Below are positions 60,861-64,000 of a stretch of DNA of 64,000 nt, piece after piece. Made by a program: the position numbers and the translations under genes. The notes beneath the pieces are model-generated. The model searched no databases and was not told the origin of the DNA. It was given only the letters and a program-made list of their open reading frames with translations. Numbering within the stretch: the first letter of the stretch is position 1; each line of letters opens with the position of its first letter. This DNA comes from Lama guanicoe (lineage: Eukaryota): positions 12,289,175 through 12,353,174 of the forward strand of contig MU056000.1 of the NCBI GenBank assembly GCA_013239625.1, read 5' to 3'.

Positions 60861-61689
60861 ATCAGCATTTTATTACTTGGAGACAAATAGAACCGGCCGC
60901 TTCGTCTCCTGTTGCAGGTTACTCAGCTTCTCTTGGCTGTGGCTTCCTCTGTGTGAAGGGACACAGCGGTCACGCCCACCTCCCAGGGCTGCTGCCAGAG
61001 GCCCGCACACTGGCGGGCAGGTCAGGGAGCTGAGTAAATGGCAGTCTGCGGCAATGTTAGCTAGTATGTAAAATCCCAAGTTCTGGAAATCACCAGTTTT
61101 TTACAGAAAGGACCTGCCTCTCATTAAATAGAGGAAAAAACCAGGACCTGAAGTCCCATTCTGCTCTGTGCCACCCCCTTCTCCAACCAGGACCACCCAC
61201 CCTGAGGCCCATAGCCGGTGATGCGCCAGGACCTGGGCTGCTGGGCGCAGTGCCCTCACGTGGATGACTCGCTCTGAAGGCCACTGAACCCATCTCACTC
61301 CTAAAATACCTGCTGACCACTAACTCTAAAGGCTGTGAGACGAGCAGCAGGAGAATAACAAAAACAATATAACCAAACCGAAAACCAAACCTCTGACGTC
61401 GGCTAGCTTGCAGGACAAAGGCGAGAATGAACGGTGTCTGTAACACTGACAGACAGCATTGCGGGCTGCATCCACGGACCTGCTCCAACTGAAGGGTCCC
61501 CGTTGTGGTCGGACAAGGATATTGGAGAGAGGGGACAGCTGGGTGGCGTTTGCAAAATGATCTTGAAATTTGATGGGGAAACCCCACTTGACAATCATAC
61601 TCATGTGTAAAATGAAAAAGCAAGTAGTGGATTTTGATTCAGTCCAAGGCTATTTACAAAAAATAATAATTTAAAAAATACCAGGAATG

Positions 61690-61980
61690 ACACAAAGAAC
61701 TTATTTACAAAACAGAAACAGACTCACAAACATAGAAAACAAACTTACAGTTTCCAAAGAGAAAGGGTGGGGGATAAATTAGGAGTTTGGGATTAGCAGA
61801 TACAAAGTACTATATATAAAATAAACAACAAGTTTCTACTATACAGCACAAGGAACTATATTCAATATCTTGTAATAACCTATAATGAAAAAATGTATAT
61901 GTATATAACTGAATCACTGTGCTGTACACCAGAAACTAATACGACATTGTAAATCAACTATATATACTTCAATTAAAAAA
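61690..61980 (+). mobile_element. Artiodactyl-type L1 3' tail with TSD
   Basis: gaacttatttacaaaacagaaacagactcac...gctgtacaccagaaactaa; TSD aaataccaggaatg / aaatactaagaatg after a TT/AAAA site. Confidence 0.9.
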
Positions 61981-62694
61981 AAATACTAAGAATGTAATAA
62001 CAGTTTCCAAACCAAAACAAAATGCTTCGATGGAGATTATTTTCCTCTTTTGGGAGATGTGATTTTTAAACAATGACCTTCACATCCTGCTTACACCAGT
62101 TGTTAAAATTAGCATTTGGGGTTTTTGTTTTAGTCTCTCCTGGGCATAGGCTATGAAACCAACCACCTTTGTACATAGAACAACTTCATTCTAAGAAAAG
62201 GGAAGTTGGGAATTTCCAAGCGTGGCTAAAAAATACAGGAATGTGAGGGCCCGGCTCTGACTCCCCCGGACAACCTTGAAGGTGCATCTCCTGGGGCTGT
62301 GTGTCCCTCCCTCCCTTCCACAGTGTCACAGGTCCACGTGCGTTTGTGTACATTGATGGTGTTCTGGGGAGAGGCAGAAAGGAGAAAGCTTTGTGGACAC
62401 AACGTTCCTCCACGATGCGCTGTGCAACCTCTATTCTGTTTTCTGAGGCTGAAAACAAAATGATCACCATTCACGGGGAGCAAAAGCACCAAACATCACC
62501 CTGAAGCCCCTAAGAGAAATTTCATTGAAAACTTAATGTTATCAGTCTTGCAGAAGTCTCATTTCAACCCAAGCTTAGATTTGAAAATTTTTATTGTGTC
62601 ATAGGGAACTTGTGTTCCATTATGATGGAGGGTGGGTGACTCATTTTAAAATACTGGCCATTGATGACGAGTTCAGGAGAAATCTCAGTTCTCA

Positions 62695-62865
62695 GAGGGA
62701 TGCATGTCTGAGTGTGGTCCCCAGACCGGCACGATCAGCATTACCTGGGAACTTGTCAAAAATGCACATTCTGGGCTCTCAGGTCCATGGAGTCAGACAC
62801 TCAGGAAGCAGGGCCCAGAAACCTGCACTTTAATTGCCCTACAGGGGATACTGATGCAGGCATAC
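62695..62865. mobile_element. MER5A
   Basis: agtgtggtccccagaccggca..atcagcattacctgggaacttgtcaaaaatgcacattctgggc. Confidence 0.85.
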
Positions 62866-64000
62866 TGATGTTGTCATAATTTCAACATTTTCAGTCTGTG
62901 TCATTCCGAGTGTTTATTCTATGTAAAACTTGCTAGAAAGCCCTGTGACATTTTCCTTTTATGCAGTTCACGTTTCGGGATAATTCCCACAATTGAAACC
63001 CCACATCACAACAAGCCTTTCATTTGATAGCCTTGTCAACCGTTTTTCCCAATAGCACCATAAAAATGTTCTCTTTCCCACAAAGACAGGAGGGCCGTAA
63101 TAGAGGAAGGGGACAGAGTACCAGCAAGCAGTCTGCAGACAGGCTAACGTGTGGGCTCTTTATAACACTTGCCTTGTGGGCAGTGAGGGTCCCCGTCAGG
63201 CTAGGAGAAGACATTCCAGACATGGCAGACTCAGGACAAAGATGAGCTGAGTTCAGTACAGAAAGGTTCCTTCTCCAGGGACAGGATCATCACCTAAATG
63301 TGACAGGGTGTCTGTCCCTGCACCTGGCTTGGGGGCACTGTCGCTGGAAGGCCGAAGTCCCTTCCCAGTCGGTGTGCTGGAGAGCATGACCAGGCGAGCC
63401 TGTCTCTCCCCAGGGCAGTGCTCCGGACGCCGTGCTCGGGGATCTGCCGCGCAGTGGGAGAATTTACACCGAGGAAATTGGCAAACGCTGTGAGTGAGGA
63501 CTTGACATTTTGTGAGAGCTGGCTCACCAGCACAGCGCTGGATTTAGAGCACAGAGCGTCAAGTCACGAATGTATGACTCAGCTCATCTCCTCTGTAATA
63601 ATGGGAAATACTGTTTATTTTAGGATCAAGACTCACTTCATGCTTGTCTGGATGGGACTCCCACTGGGATTGAAAGCAAACTTGTTGGAGGATTTCTTCG
63701 TGCAGCTTGAATGTTGCTGTCCCGGCTTCTGTGATGAGGCCTCATCTCGGAGTCTGCAGGTACTCCTTCCTTGTCTCCAGCTCCCAGAACTGGCAGAGCT
63801 GTGGGCCCGGCCGTTCAGGGGTGACTACTCCATCCCCTTTTCAGCCTCTGTCGCCTCTTGTAGTCGGATCCACCATCAATCAGAGAACCAGAACTTTGAG
63901 TGAAAAGGTGATTTCCATTTTAATTTACAAAGTTAATGCTTACTAAGCACACATTGTGCTCCGGGCACTATGGGAATAAGTCTACAAACACAGCTTCATT

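Noticed and set aside
61090..61623. 177-aa ORF with overlapping ORFs
   Set aside because: No recognisable domain or exon structure; expected by chance in GC-richer DNA.
63781..63907. Possible internal exon (ctccag acceptor, AAG|GTGATT donor)
   Set aside because: No recognisable peptide or partner exons; signals of this strength occur by chance.

Overview
Mammalian genomic DNA, most likely a camelid (alpaca, llama or camel). The evidence is four copies of a tRNA-Ala(AGC)-derived SINE of the Vic-1 type, plus artiodactyl-type L1 3' ends and ERV1 LTRs. I find no host protein-coding exon, RNA gene or CpG-island promoter, so the window looks intergenic or intronic. It is dominated by transposon fossils: L1, L2, L3/CR1, MIR, MaLR/ERVL/ERV1 solo LTRs, and hAT and Tigger elements. 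The only long meaningful ORF is the intact C-terminus of L1 ORF2 (48467-49246). Repeat family names come from recalled consensus sequences, and boundaries are approximate unless TSDs are quoted. The most notable structure is an imperfect inverted duplication with ~400-bp arms (59181-59590 and 60040-60429) that includes non-repeat DNA. Other points of interest are a near-perfect complex micro-duplication (43051-43311), a tandem STAT5-type GAS pair made by a 20-bp duplication (27373-27401), nested insertions with intact TSDs, a MER41-like LTR and a probable hAT transposase core fossil at the left edge. I cannot support a new multi-gene system here.
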